A stretch of 64,000 bases of DNA from IMG/VR virus record IMGVR_UViG_3300010938_000019. One strand, 5' to 3'. This DNA comes from an uncultured virus (IMG/VR IMGVR_UViG_3300010938_000019) (Duplodnaviria; Heunggongvirae; Uroviricota; Caudoviricetes). Positions 27,224 to 36,241 of the stretch are shown one piece after another. Numbering within the stretch: the stretch's first letter is position 1; each line of letters starts with the position of its first letter. The notes beneath the pieces are model-generated. The model saw only the letters and a list, made by a program, of their open reading frames with translations, did not search any database and was not told where the DNA came from. Position numbers and translations under genes: made by a program.

Positions 27224-29495
27224 GAAATACGTATATACTAGTTACATACCAGGATCTTCCATTAACGAAGATTTCCTTCGAATATTAGAAAACTATTGTG
27301 CCTTAAACAATGCCGAACTTAAAGTAGTTCTTACAGCCGCTCCTAATAGGCAGGATCAGGGACTTGTTTTAAGTCGTCTAATTCCCTATGTTATTCAATC
27401 TGACTGTAAGATAAACGACAACTTATTCTTTGTTGACTTAAGAGCTAATGCTTCTTCTATGGACCCCCTCAGTGGCACGGATGCTATTGCCAATGCTAAG
27501 GGTAGCCTTGTTTTGGCTGCCCCCAAGCATCGGTTTAAATCAGTTGCTAGGAGCTTAAAACACAACAAATCTCCTAGAGGTATCTGGTGTACAGGTACTA
27601 TCTCAGAACCTTACTATAAGCCCAATAAAGCCGGTTTAAAGGCTGATGGAATGCACAAGCTTGGGGCACTTGTTATAACCGTCGTAAATGATGATATTTT
27701 CCACATTAGACAGCTATCCTATGGCGAACATGGCGTATATGACATGAACGCTCTATACACCAAAAATAAGCGTCTAAAGGTTAATCCTGAAGGTCTTGTA
27801 CTGGGGGATCTACATCCTCCCTTTGTCAACAACGACGTACTAAAGAAGACTCAGTTCCTTATGTCTAAACTAAACCCTAAAAATGTGGTATACCATGACA
27901 TATTTGATGCTGCTAGTATCTCTCATCATGTTGAAGGTAAATTTATTACAAAAGTTAATGTTTTTAACTTTCTACCTTCTCTTCAGGAAGAGGTATCTTT
28001 GACAGCTAGAGTTATGAGTTCTTTAGTAAACTGGCTGCCAGAAGCTGAGCACTTTGTAGTAAAATCCAATCATGACGAACATTTGGATCGGTACTTGGAC
28101 GAAGGTAGATATCTAAAGGACTATCAGAATAAAAAGTTAGCTATAGAGCTAGCTGAGGCTAAACTGTCCGGAAAAGATGTAGTAGAGTACTCTTTAAAAA
28201 AGGATAATCCTGATTTAGAGCAAATAAATTTTTTACAGAGAAACAATACATTAACCATAGCTGGAATAGAGTGTTCTAATCATGGAGATTATGGTGCAAA
28301 CGGTGGAAAGGGGTCGTCAGTTCAACATGGACTATCTTTTAGTGGTAAAGTAGTTACGGGACATTGTTTAAGCGAAAATCATTCGGTAAACGTAAAGGGA
28401 AAGGGATTTATTCCAATAAGAGAAGTTACTTTAAACGATTATGTTTTAAGTTATGATTATACAACTAAAACAAATGAATGGACTAAAGTTCAAGAAAAAA
28501 TATATGTCCCTCAATACTCAGGCACAATGGTAGAGATTGGATATAATGGAATTTATAAACAAGATGTTAGTTTAAATCATCATTTTTCATTATTAGATGG
28601 TTCATATATTTCATTAACAGATTTGGTTAGTACTCGAGGGGCGGGAGAAATTCCTTTAGTTGCAGAATCCAAAACCTATAATAAATCTATTGGTGAAATT
28701 GAGGAGCTTATTGTAAGATTAAAAATTGCCATAGCTGCAGATGGAAACATAGATAATACTAACATTAGATTTCACTTAAAAAAACCTAGAAAAATAGAAA
28801 GACTTAAATCGTTTCTTAATAAATTAAAAATTCCTTACAGTGAGAATTTATCAAAAACAGGATCTACTAAAATTCTTTTAAAGAAAACGGATAGTTTTTT
28901 AAGTCAAGAATTATATAATGAATTAAAGACCGATAAGACTTTAAATTATTCTTTATTGACTGCCAATATGGATGTTAAAAATATAGTTTTACATGAATGT
29001 ACTTTATGGGATGGATCATTGTTGACTAAAGGGGCGCGACAATTTTGTACATCAAAAAAACACGAAGCTGAGATTATTTGTTCATTAGCTAATGAAATGG
29101 GATATAGATCTTCGCTTATTTCAAAAAAAGATGGAGGATTTGTTGTTACATTTAATATTGCAAGAAAAATTCCTTCTCAGCTAAAAAACTACGGAAAAGA
29201 TTCTATAAAATTTAATGTAGTTCCTAGACACGTAGAGAATATTGAGCTATTTTGTTTAAAGACTGCTTATCATAATTTCTGGGTACGGAACGAAGAAACT
29301 GGACAAGTTTCATTAACAGGAAATTCCCATACCCCAGAAATTGGAATATATGGGAACTATATATGTGGTACTATGACTGACTTAAGTCTGCCATACACTA
29401 ACGACTCTGGTACTTCAGGGTGGCTAAACACTCATACTATTATCTATCCAGATGGTAACAGAACTCATATCCATTTGATTGATACTAAAAAATAA
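27216..29495 (+). CDS. T5 A1-like metallophosphoesterase/nuclease precursor containing an intein
   Basis: GDLH, HDIFD, SNHD, HGD and GH|SH motifs; CTGTIS..YY…KAGLKA…H..GALV block recalled from T5 A1-family proteins; AGGAG SD before ATG 27216. Confidence 0.8.
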   Translation: MVKKYVYTSYIPGSSINEDFLRILENYCALNNAELKVVLTAAPNRQDQGLVLSRLIPYVIQSDCKINDNLFFVDLRANASSMDPLSGTDAIANAKGSLVLAAPKHRFKSVARSLKHNKSPRGIWCTGTISEPYYKPNKAGLKADGMHKLGALVITVVNDDIFHIRQLSYGEHGVYDMNALYTKNKRLKVNPEGLVLGDLHPPFVNNDVLKKTQFLMSKLNPKNVVYHDIFDAASISHHVEGKFITKVNVFNFLPSLQEEVSLTARVMSSLVNWLPEAEHFVVKSNHDEHLDRYLDEGRYLKDYQNKKLAIELAEAKLSGKDVVEYSLKKDNPDLEQINFLQRNNTLTIAGIECSNHGDYGANGGKGSSVQHGLSFSGKVVTGHCLSENHSVNVKGKGFIPIREVTLNDYVLSYDYTTKTNEWTKVQEKIYVPQYSGTMVEIGYNGIYKQDVSLNHHFSLLDGSYISLTDLVSTRGAGEIPLVAESKTYNKSIGEIEELIVRLKIAIAADGNIDNTNIRFHLKKPRKIERLKSFLNKLKIPYSENLSKTGSTKILLKKTDSFLSQELYNELKTDKTLNYSLLTANMDVKNIVLHECTLWDGSLLTKGARQFCTSKKHEAEIICSLANEMGYRSSLISKKDGGFVVTFNIARKIPSQLKNYGKDSIKFNVVPRHVENIELFCLKTAYHNFWVRNEETGQVSLTGNSHTPEIGIYGNYICGTMTDLSLPYTNDSGTSGWLNTHTIIYPDGNRTHIHLIDTKK
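28365..29324 (+). mobile_element. intein (320 aa) with LAGLIDADG endonuclease domain
   Basis: Starts CLSENH, block B-like SLNHHF, AIAADG and LWDG motifs, ends SLTGN followed by +1 Ser; removal restores GHSH. Confidence 0.92.
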
Positions 29496-29503
29496 GGTAT
29501 AAT
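29475..29503 (+). promoter_or_regulatory. sigma70-type promoter, probably leaderless transcript
   Basis: TTGATT, 17 nt, TATAAT; ATG 6 nt later. Confidence 0.55.
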
Positions 29504-29509
29504 AATTTT

Positions 29510-30085
29510 ATGTCTAGACGTAACCCAGAAAATATTCAGACATTCCACATAAGCCACTTGTACACACCGACAAGAACTATTCTTATGTATGGAGATGTTG
29601 ACATAGACATGTTTGAAAATGTTGCCAAGAATTTATTAATTTTAGATTCTACAGAAGGTACCATAACTATCTATTTAAATTCTGGTGGAGGAGATCTGAC
29701 AGAAGCAATGGCAATATACGACATGATTAGTAATTGCAAAAACTATGTAAGAATTATCGTAGTTGGTCAGGCTTCTAGCGCTGCTAGTATTATTCTTCAG
29801 GCTGCTGACGAGAGACTAATGACTGAAAACTCTTACGTAATGATACATGCTGGAGAAGAAGGCACTGAAGGACATCCTGAAATTAAAAAACGTTGGGATG
29901 CTAAGCTTCTTAAAGACAATCAGTGGATGGAAGATTTGTACCTAGAAAAGATTAAAAATAAGAAGCCTAAATTTCCTAGATCTAAACTTGCAGAAATGTT
30001 AAAGTTTGATACAATACTAGAAGCTAAAGAATCAGTAGAAATGGGGTTAGCAGATGGATTATTTACAGATACGGATCGGGGATAG
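29510..30085 (+). CDS. clpP: ClpP-family protease
   Basis: NSGGG, ASSAAS, MIH and D…A.E..EMGLAD motifs. Confidence 0.85.
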   Translation: MSRRNPENIQTFHISHLYTPTRTILMYGDVDIDMFENVAKNLLILDSTEGTITIYLNSGGGDLTEAMAIYDMISNCKNYVRIIVVGQASSAASIILQAADERLMTENSYVMIHAGEEGTEGHPEIKKRWDAKLLKDNQWMEDLYLEKIKNKKPKFPRSKLAEMLKFDTILEAKESVEMGLADGLFTDTDRG

Positions 30086-30707
30086 TGTTATCATTGAAGA
30101 TTGTCGTCATATCCATAATGAGCTTCATGAGGGAGCTGGTGGAAGAATCGTTGGAGAAGCTGATGATAATGGTGAATATCTAGTTGACTTCTGGTCAACT
30201 CGCAAACGAATACCTCCTTCTAAATTCAAACAACTGTTACCTAAACAAGAGGTTACACAACCTACTATAGAGGTAGATAATAGTCTCTATGTAAAGTTTA
30301 AAAGACTTTCACCTTCCGCAGTACTTCCCAAGTATTCTAGAGAAGGAGACTGTGGTATGGATCTTACAGCAGTTTCATCTTACATTGATGAATTTGGTAA
30401 TTATTGCTATGATACTCAACTTGCTGTAGCTATTCCTAAAGGATATGTCGGATTGCTATATCCTAGAAGTTCATTAAGCAAGTACGGTTTAATACTGACC
30501 AATCACGTTGGGGTCGTGGATTGCAATTTTCGAGGGTCCATGGTCTTTAAATTTAGAGCATCTTCTCCAAATCCTAAAGTATTTGCTGTTGGAGAAAGAA
30601 TTGGACAATTACTTATAATGCCTTGTCCTAATATTTCTGTAGAAGAAACCGATGAGTTAGATGATACTAGTAGGGGGTCTCATGGATGGGGATCAAGCGG
30701 GGCGTAA
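30054..30707 (+). CDS. dut: trimeric dUTPase with N-terminal extension
   Basis: GMDL, PRSS, GVVD..FRG, ERIGQL and RGSHGWGSSG motifs. Confidence 0.9.
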   Translation: MDYLQIRIGDSVIIEDCRHIHNELHEGAGGRIVGEADDNGEYLVDFWSTRKRIPPSKFKQLLPKQEVTQPTIEVDNSLYVKFKRLSPSAVLPKYSREGDCGMDLTAVSSYIDEFGNYCYDTQLAVAIPKGYVGLLYPRSSLSKYGLILTNHVGVVDCNFRGSMVFKFRASSPNPKVFAVGERIGQLLIMPCPNISVEETDELDDTSRGSHGWGSSGA

Positions 30708-31123
30708 TGTCTTACGAAATAGATAAAAAGACCAAGGGAAAGATCATTAATGCCTTACGTAGGCTAACCTATTCCTATCCTCCTAGAAACGAAGTTAAAC
30801 GTCTTAGAAAGGTCGATAAATCGCTTTATTCTTGCGAACTATGCCACAGGTACTGCTATGAAGGAAAAAGCAATAAAACGTACATAGAATACGCTCATAA
30901 GTATCCTGATAGAGAAATAGTAATGGAGAAGCCTCAAATCGACCATACTTTACCGGTAGTGCCTATAGAGAAGGGATGGAACTGGAATTGGGACGATATA
31001 ATAAACAACATGTTCTGTAATATTAAAGGACTAAAGTGTTTATGCTCTAAATGTCATCAAGCTAAAACTGCAGAAGAACAAACACAAAGAGCCGAACTTA
31101 GAAGACAATCCAAAATTGACTAA
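30707..31123 (+). CDS. HNH endonuclease
   Basis: CELC…IDHTLPV…LCSKCHQAKT. Confidence 0.8.
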   Translation: MSYEIDKKTKGKIINALRRLTYSYPPRNEVKRLRKVDKSLYSCELCHRYCYEGKSNKTYIEYAHKYPDREIVMEKPQIDHTLPVVPIEKGWNWNWDDIINNMFCNIKGLKCLCSKCHQAKTAEEQTQRAELRRQSKID

Positions 31124-31144
31124 ACTTTAAACATCTGTTAAAAT
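31116..31144 (+). promoter_or_regulatory. sigma70-type promoter, probably leaderless transcript
   Basis: TTGACT, 17 nt, TAAAAT with TG extension; ATG 6 nt later. Confidence 0.6.
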
Positions 31145-31150
31145 TATACT

Positions 31151-31606
31151 ATGGGAAATGACCAATTAAAAGAGCTATTAGATTTACTTGAAAAGACTGA
31201 AGAGAAGAAGCTTCTTGACGTCAATGAAGTAAAACGCGGACAAACTAACTATACGGTAAAAGCTTTTATAAAGCAATTCAATATACGTGCTGGACTAAAG
31301 AGAGTACCGAATTATCTGGTGTTCTTTTATTACATAAATAAACTTAATGCTGCTAGATCTGACAAATTAAACAAATACTCTTTTTTTAGAGAATTCTCTA
31401 AGTTCTTTCCTAAAGCTAGGATAGGGTCACAAAGGTACTACTTATTGGATGAGGGGTCCTTTGATCTTAGTAGAGAATCTAAAAGAGAAGCTAAGGTATT
31501 TGACGCTAATTACAGAATTAGAAGTATTGCTTATCGAAAATCAAGGAAGAAGAATAAAAATGAAAAAAGCAAAGAAAGTCAGGAAAAAGAAAACCCTTCG
31601 GAATAG
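31151..31606 (+). CDS. basic hypothetical protein, possibly DNA-binding
   Basis: 151 aa, Lys/Arg-rich. Confidence 0.6.
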   Translation: MGNDQLKELLDLLEKTEEKKLLDVNEVKRGQTNYTVKAFIKQFNIRAGLKRVPNYLVFFYYINKLNAARSDKLNKYSFFREFSKFFPKARIGSQRYYLLDEGSFDLSRESKREAKVFDANYRIRSIAYRKSRKKNKNEKSKESQEKENPSE

Positions 31607-32054
31607 TTCTCGCTATCCTGAACTAAACCCACGTTTAAATCTAAAAGGTCGCCAAGACTACATGGATACTTCATACGTCAATGGCGTCAAAGATAAAGAG
31701 GGTAATACCGTTATTAGAGGACTGAACGAAGGTGAAAAGAAGTTTCTATCTCAATTTTATAAAGAGTGGTTAAATGCCGATTCTAGGAATCCAGAGCTAT
31801 ATACAGACGAAGATGAGTGGAGGGCTATATTCAATGAAAATAATTCCCGAAATAGATGTCTTTTAAATCATGCAAAGAAGTTAGGTAATCTCTGTAGATT
31901 CGACGCTAAGAAAGGCGATAGAAAGTTTGTAAAGGAATTGGGAGAATACGATCTAGAACTAATGACTTTAGAGCATTCAGAATTGAATGATACTACAAGC
32001 GAAGATAAGCTAGATAATGTAATTAAGAATGCTATTAAGAAATTAAAAAAGTAG
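31560..32054 (+). CDS. hypothetical protein, last gene of the + strand block
   Basis: ATG 31560 (MKKAKKVRKKK…); 3' end overlaps the converging gene. Confidence 0.65.
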   Translation: MKKAKKVRKKKTLRNSSRYPELNPRLNLKGRQDYMDTSYVNGVKDKEGNTVIRGLNEGEKKFLSQFYKEWLNADSRNPELYTDEDEWRAIFNENNSRNRCLLNHAKKLGNLCRFDAKKGDRKFVKELGEYDLELMTLEHSELNDTTSEDKLDNVIKNAIKKLKK

Positions 32055-32318
32055 TTGTTTTATAGCTAGTACAACGCCTACTACTACTGATAACACACCT
32101 AAAGCTTTTAAAGCTCCGTGCATATAAAATACGTGCTTTTCTACAGGACGCATTTCTTCTCTAAGTAGTTCTAGTCTTTCTTCAAGAAGATTACTTCTTT
32201 TAATGTGTTCAGCTAGGGATACTTCTTGTTTGGCTAATGTAATTGCCATGTCATTTAAAGAAGAGTCAATGCTATCAATCTTATCCATAATTCTTCCAAG
32301 TTTTTCTTCCATAATCAA
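32043..32318 (-). CDS. coiled-coil protein with C-terminal TM, holin/XhlA-like
   Basis: Helical N-terminus, C-terminal hydrophobic helix; next to the lysozyme. Confidence 0.55.
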   Translation of the reverse strand: MIMEEKLGRIMDKIDSIDSSLNDMAITLAKQEVSLAEHIKRSNLLEERLELLREEMRPVEKHVFYMHGALKALGVLSVVVGVVLAIKQLLF

Positions 32319-32330
32319 CTCCCTCTTGTT

Positions 32331-33008
32331 TTAATTCTTGTAGATATATCTCTTTACTTTAGGAAACTTTAGTCTCTCTGCCACTTCTTTTGCTCTTTGT
32401 GGAGTTTGCTTAGCCCATAGTGAATCTAAAGCTTCGTCGTATGCTCTGTCGTAATCGCCGTATTTTAATGAATTAAGCATATTCTCGAACTTGCTTACTC
32501 CAGTTCTACCCATTTGGAATACCATTTCAGTTAAGGCTTCTTGTTGTTGTTGAGATAAATCAGCTATACCTTTTTGGCGAATAAGGTCTAAAGCATCTTG
32601 TTTTGCTTTATTGATGTTAGCTTCAAGCATTTGATCAGCTTCTTGATCAGTAATACCCTTAGTTGTAATCTTTTGTACTACTTCAGGAGCGTATTTACCT
32701 TTAAGTAATTTGTCTCCCCAAGCTACTGTAGGTGCTCCGCCTTCGGGAGAAGCATGAGGCATCCATAGTCCTGTCTTAGGATCATATCCCTCTTTAAAAG
32801 GGTTTTCGTATTGTTTTATTCTGTCTTTTAAACTAAGATTCTCACCAGAAGGTTTAGATGCTGGAACGGGATATTGAGGTACCTGGGGTTCTACAGGTTG
32901 CACAGGCTGTGCTTCAGAAGATGTTTCTCTATCTAGTCTCCGATCTACAGAAACTTTATCTTCAACACCTAGCATTTTTATAAGATCTTGAAGTCTATTC
33001 ATTTTCAA
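32331..33008 (-). CDS. phage lysozyme (T4L/GH24-like) with Pro/Gln-rich N-terminal extension
   Basis: IKQYE…PTVAWG, EMVFQMGRTGVSKFENM, DSLWAKQTPQRA. Confidence 0.85.
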   Translation of the reverse strand: MKMNRLQDLIKMLGVEDKVSVDRRLDRETSSEAQPVQPVEPQVPQYPVPASKPSGENLSLKDRIKQYENPFKEGYDPKTGLWMPHASPEGGAPTVAWGDKLLKGKYAPEVVQKITTKGITDQEADQMLEANINKAKQDALDLIRQKGIADLSQQQQEALTEMVFQMGRTGVSKFENMLNSLKYGDYDRAYDEALDSLWAKQTPQRAKEVAERLKFPKVKRYIYKN

Positions 33009-34416
33009 TCTTCTTCATTACTTCTCTAAATGCTGGTTGTTGCAATAAACCAAATATTATACTTTTTCTAGTACGTTCTGGCTTATCAGCTACATTTCTA
33101 AGTACTTCGGCGTAACTCTCAGCACCTGGCATACTAAGCATCTTCTCAGATACTTGTAGTAATTGGTCAGGTTGATAGTCTAGTTTGCCTTTTAAAGCAT
33201 CTACTACTTGTACTTTTTCTTCAACAGGCATTCTACGCACTTGTTGATTCAATTCGAATTCTTTTTGTATCTTAGCTCTTTCTAGAGGATCAGTAGGCAT
33301 GTCTGAATTAGCGAGTGAACCAAAAGCTATTTCTGCAGGATTAATACCTTCAATAAAGCCTTTACCCGCTTCTTCAGCACCTTTTCCTTCTTCGGCAGCA
33401 AGCGCTCCTCCTGCAGCTCCTAATAGTCCTCCAATAGCAGCTCCGACAACAGGGATACCTTTTGCAGCTTTTGCTGCAGTCTTTAATGTTCCTCTTCCTG
33501 TAGTATCAATAAAGGCGGATTTTAATCCTGATAATATGCTATCAGCTTTAGCAGCGTCTTTTCCTGCTTCTCTAGCAATGCCTGGTTGTATTTTAGAAAG
33601 ATCGCTAAATTTTTTGTTTATTTCTTTTAATTTTGCTAAATCTGCTTTTCCTGTTTCAGGGACTTCTGCTATTAATTTTTCAATAGCTTCTCTAGTAACT
33701 ACGTTGCCCTTTTGAGCCATAGAAGCTTTATCTGTGCTTCCTACTAAAGACTTACCTTCTTTATAAGCAAGATCTCCATATTTCTTTTTTAGTTCTTGAA
33801 GTCCCTCTATACCTAGACCTTTAATTTTTAATTCTGGAGCGGTAGGTGAATATACATTTTCAAGATCTTTTACTGCTTGTCTATAAGCAATCATTTCAGA
33901 TCTATCTACGCTAAGAGACGGGGCAGCTTTCTTTTTAAATTGTTCAAGAAGGTCTGTTAGTTGAACTTTTTTAGATTCTGGAGCAACTGACTCATATAGA
34001 GATGCTTGTTCTTTACCTAAATATCCTAGTCTTTTGGTAATTTCATCTTTTTGATCTTCAGCATCGGATAAAGCTTTAAACAGATCGGTATCTACAGCCA
34101 TTTTAGCAAGGCGTCTTTTTTCAACATCGCCAAGCTCTTCACTGATTTGTTTTCCAAATCCCATATTAGCTGCAATAGCATCCAATGCTACTTTCTCTAA
34201 AGGTTCAGCAATTACTTTACCTGCTGAATATCCAGCACCAGCGCCAATTCCTGTACCAGCGGATGCTTTAAGAGATTCAACGACTTCATCTTTTGGTTCT
34301 GATTGAAATGACATGGCAGGAGCAACCATTGGAATGTTTTCCTCAGGAGCAAATCCTAAGTCAGACAACTCTTGTTCTTCAGTAAATCCTAATTCTTGAA
34401 GGTCTTTATCTGACAT
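32995..34416 (-). CDS. internal virion/ejection protein
   Basis: Helical Ala/Lys/Glu-rich sequence with Gly-zipper segments; position after the tail genes. Confidence 0.55.
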   Translation of the reverse strand: MSDKDLQELGFTEEQELSDLGFAPEENIPMVAPAMSFQSEPKDEVVESLKASAGTGIGAGAGYSAGKVIAEPLEKVALDAIAANMGFGKQISEELGDVEKRRLAKMAVDTDLFKALSDAEDQKDEITKRLGYLGKEQASLYESVAPESKKVQLTDLLEQFKKKAAPSLSVDRSEMIAYRQAVKDLENVYSPTAPELKIKGLGIEGLQELKKKYGDLAYKEGKSLVGSTDKASMAQKGNVVTREAIEKLIAEVPETGKADLAKLKEINKKFSDLSKIQPGIAREAGKDAAKADSILSGLKSAFIDTTGRGTLKTAAKAAKGIPVVGAAIGGLLGAAGGALAAEEGKGAEEAGKGFIEGINPAEIAFGSLANSDMPTDPLERAKIQKEFELNQQVRRMPVEEKVQVVDALKGKLDYQPDQLLQVSEKMLSMPGAESYAEVLRNVADKPERTRKSIIFGLLQQPAFREVMKKIENE

Positions 34417-34418
34417 AT

Positions 34419-35840
34419 TTACTCCGCTACCGTACCAAGTTTTTTATCAAGAAACTTTTGTAAATTAGCTCTAGGAATAGACCCAATTTTACCGTCGTTT
34501 GTACGAACTCGTACTTTGTTGCTATCCTGACCGGGTTGATACTTTTGTTTTAGTTCACCTAAAGACTCTCTTTTAACAAATTTTTCAACATCTCTACCGC
34601 TTTTAGAAATATCATCTAAAACTCTTACTCTAGAATTTTCAACTTCATCTTTAAAGTTTGCAAGTTTAGCAGCAAATTGTTCATCACTATCAGTTTCTTG
34701 GGGAAGTTGTAATTCTAAACGTTTCATTTCGGGTTCGGCAATTGCTGTTCCGGAAATGGACTTACCGTACTGAGACAAAATTACTCTCAATTGAGCAGCT
34801 AAAGCAGTCTTATTACCATCTGCTTCACCTATAAATCGTTTAACAGATTCAATTCTACCTTTAATAGGACCTGTAGAGAAGGTTTTCATTCCTTCAATCT
34901 TATCTAAACTATCTAGAGTAGTATTCATTCCACTAATTCTATCCACTTGTTTTTCACTTAATTCATTTTTTTCTACTTTTTGCCAATCAAATTTATCTTT
35001 ATTTAATTCTAAAGATTTATTTCTAATTTCTAGATTTTCAGCTTGACGAAAATTCTTACCTTCTTCTTTCATTTTTTCAATATTTAATTGAGCTTCTTGC
35101 GCTTCAGTTAAAGTTTTTTTACCAATTAATTGATCTTTAACTATATTACCATCAGAATCGTATGTAATCATTTTAGTTTCGCCACCTAGGTTGACGATTT
35201 CAGTACGGTTGCCTAATGCTCTGTTGGTTCTCATAGCATTTAAAAGCTCTCTGTAAGAATCAATTTCTGATTGTCCTTTTAATTGAGCTTCTTTTAGATA
35301 ACCAAAGTCAATAGGCTTAAAGTCTAATGGTATAGGACCTGACATTACATTTCCACCGGCAAACCCTGAGTATGTTACCGCCTTTCCTAGTGATTCTCCA
35401 AGAGATTGAATTAGAGCTGCTTTTCTATCTTTTTCAGCAGCTTCACTAATATCTTTTCCATATTGCTGTCTGGCTTGACGATATTGATCTAGTATTTGTT
35501 GTAGTTTAGTTTCTTTATCTTCAGGCTTCTCACTTGGTGGAGTAGCCATGGTCATATTTTGAATTTCTTCTTGATTTTTTGCAATATCCGGACTAACAGT
35601 TAAATTGTCATTAATGAAATTTGGTTGATTCATCTCAGGTTGTTGAACTTCCATAACTTGAGGAGCTTCTATAACAGGTTCCTCAATTACAGGAGCTGGT
35701 TCCATTTCTTCAATGGGTCTCCCAATAAAACCTAATCCTTGATCGTCAAGGGTAGTTTCTCTCGGAACATTACCAGACATATCTCTAAACTGCTGTAAAG
35801 TATTTAGTAAATTTTGGTAATCGTTTAGTTTATTAGCCAT
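34419..35840 (-). CDS. internal virion/ejection protein
   Basis: Coiled coil; SISGTAIAEPE..RL motif; gene position. Confidence 0.55.
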   Translation of the reverse strand: MANKLNDYQNLLNTLQQFRDMSGNVPRETTLDDQGLGFIGRPIEEMEPAPVIEEPVIEAPQVMEVQQPEMNQPNFINDNLTVSPDIAKNQEEIQNMTMATPPSEKPEDKETKLQQILDQYRQARQQYGKDISEAAEKDRKAALIQSLGESLGKAVTYSGFAGGNVMSGPIPLDFKPIDFGYLKEAQLKGQSEIDSYRELLNAMRTNRALGNRTEIVNLGGETKMITYDSDGNIVKDQLIGKKTLTEAQEAQLNIEKMKEEGKNFRQAENLEIRNKSLELNKDKFDWQKVEKNELSEKQVDRISGMNTTLDSLDKIEGMKTFSTGPIKGRIESVKRFIGEADGNKTALAAQLRVILSQYGKSISGTAIAEPEMKRLELQLPQETDSDEQFAAKLANFKDEVENSRVRVLDDISKSGRDVEKFVKRESLGELKQKYQPGQDSNKVRVRTNDGKIGSIPRANLQKFLDKKLGTVAE

Positions 35841-35843
35841 ATA

Positions 35844-36239
35844 TTACCTTTTATTAATCATGTCCATAAGAGCTTGTCTACGAGCTTTAGCATATTCAGG
35901 ACCTTGAATAGATTGCTCTAGGTTGCCTAAATTCATTTGTCTAGGACGCATAGCCTCTGCAGATTTAGACATAGATCTACCAATTCCTTCTAGTGCAGAT
36001 AGTCCAGCTTGAGCCATTCCATTATCACTTTTACGATCATTAACTTCTTCAGTAAGATCCGCAACTTCTTGAGTATTTTGAACATTCATTTTATCGGTAT
36101 CCTGTCCTAACACTGGAGCATTCTGAGATACTTTATTCCAGTCAATATTAGCAATATCTTTATTTGCTTGTTGAAGCTCTTGCTTATCAAGATCCTGTTG
36201 CATACCAAATTTTCTTTTGATGTCTGACCAGAAAGCCAT
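35844..36239 (-). CDS. small internal virion protein
   Basis: Gln/Met-rich; gene position. Confidence 0.5.
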   Translation of the reverse strand: MAFWSDIKRKFGMQQDLDKQELQQANKDIANIDWNKVSQNAPVLGQDTDKMNVQNTQEVADLTEEVNDRKSDNGMAQAGLSALEGIGRSMSKSAEAMRPRQMNLGNLEQSIQGPEYAKARRQALMDMINKR

Positions 36240-36241
36240 AG

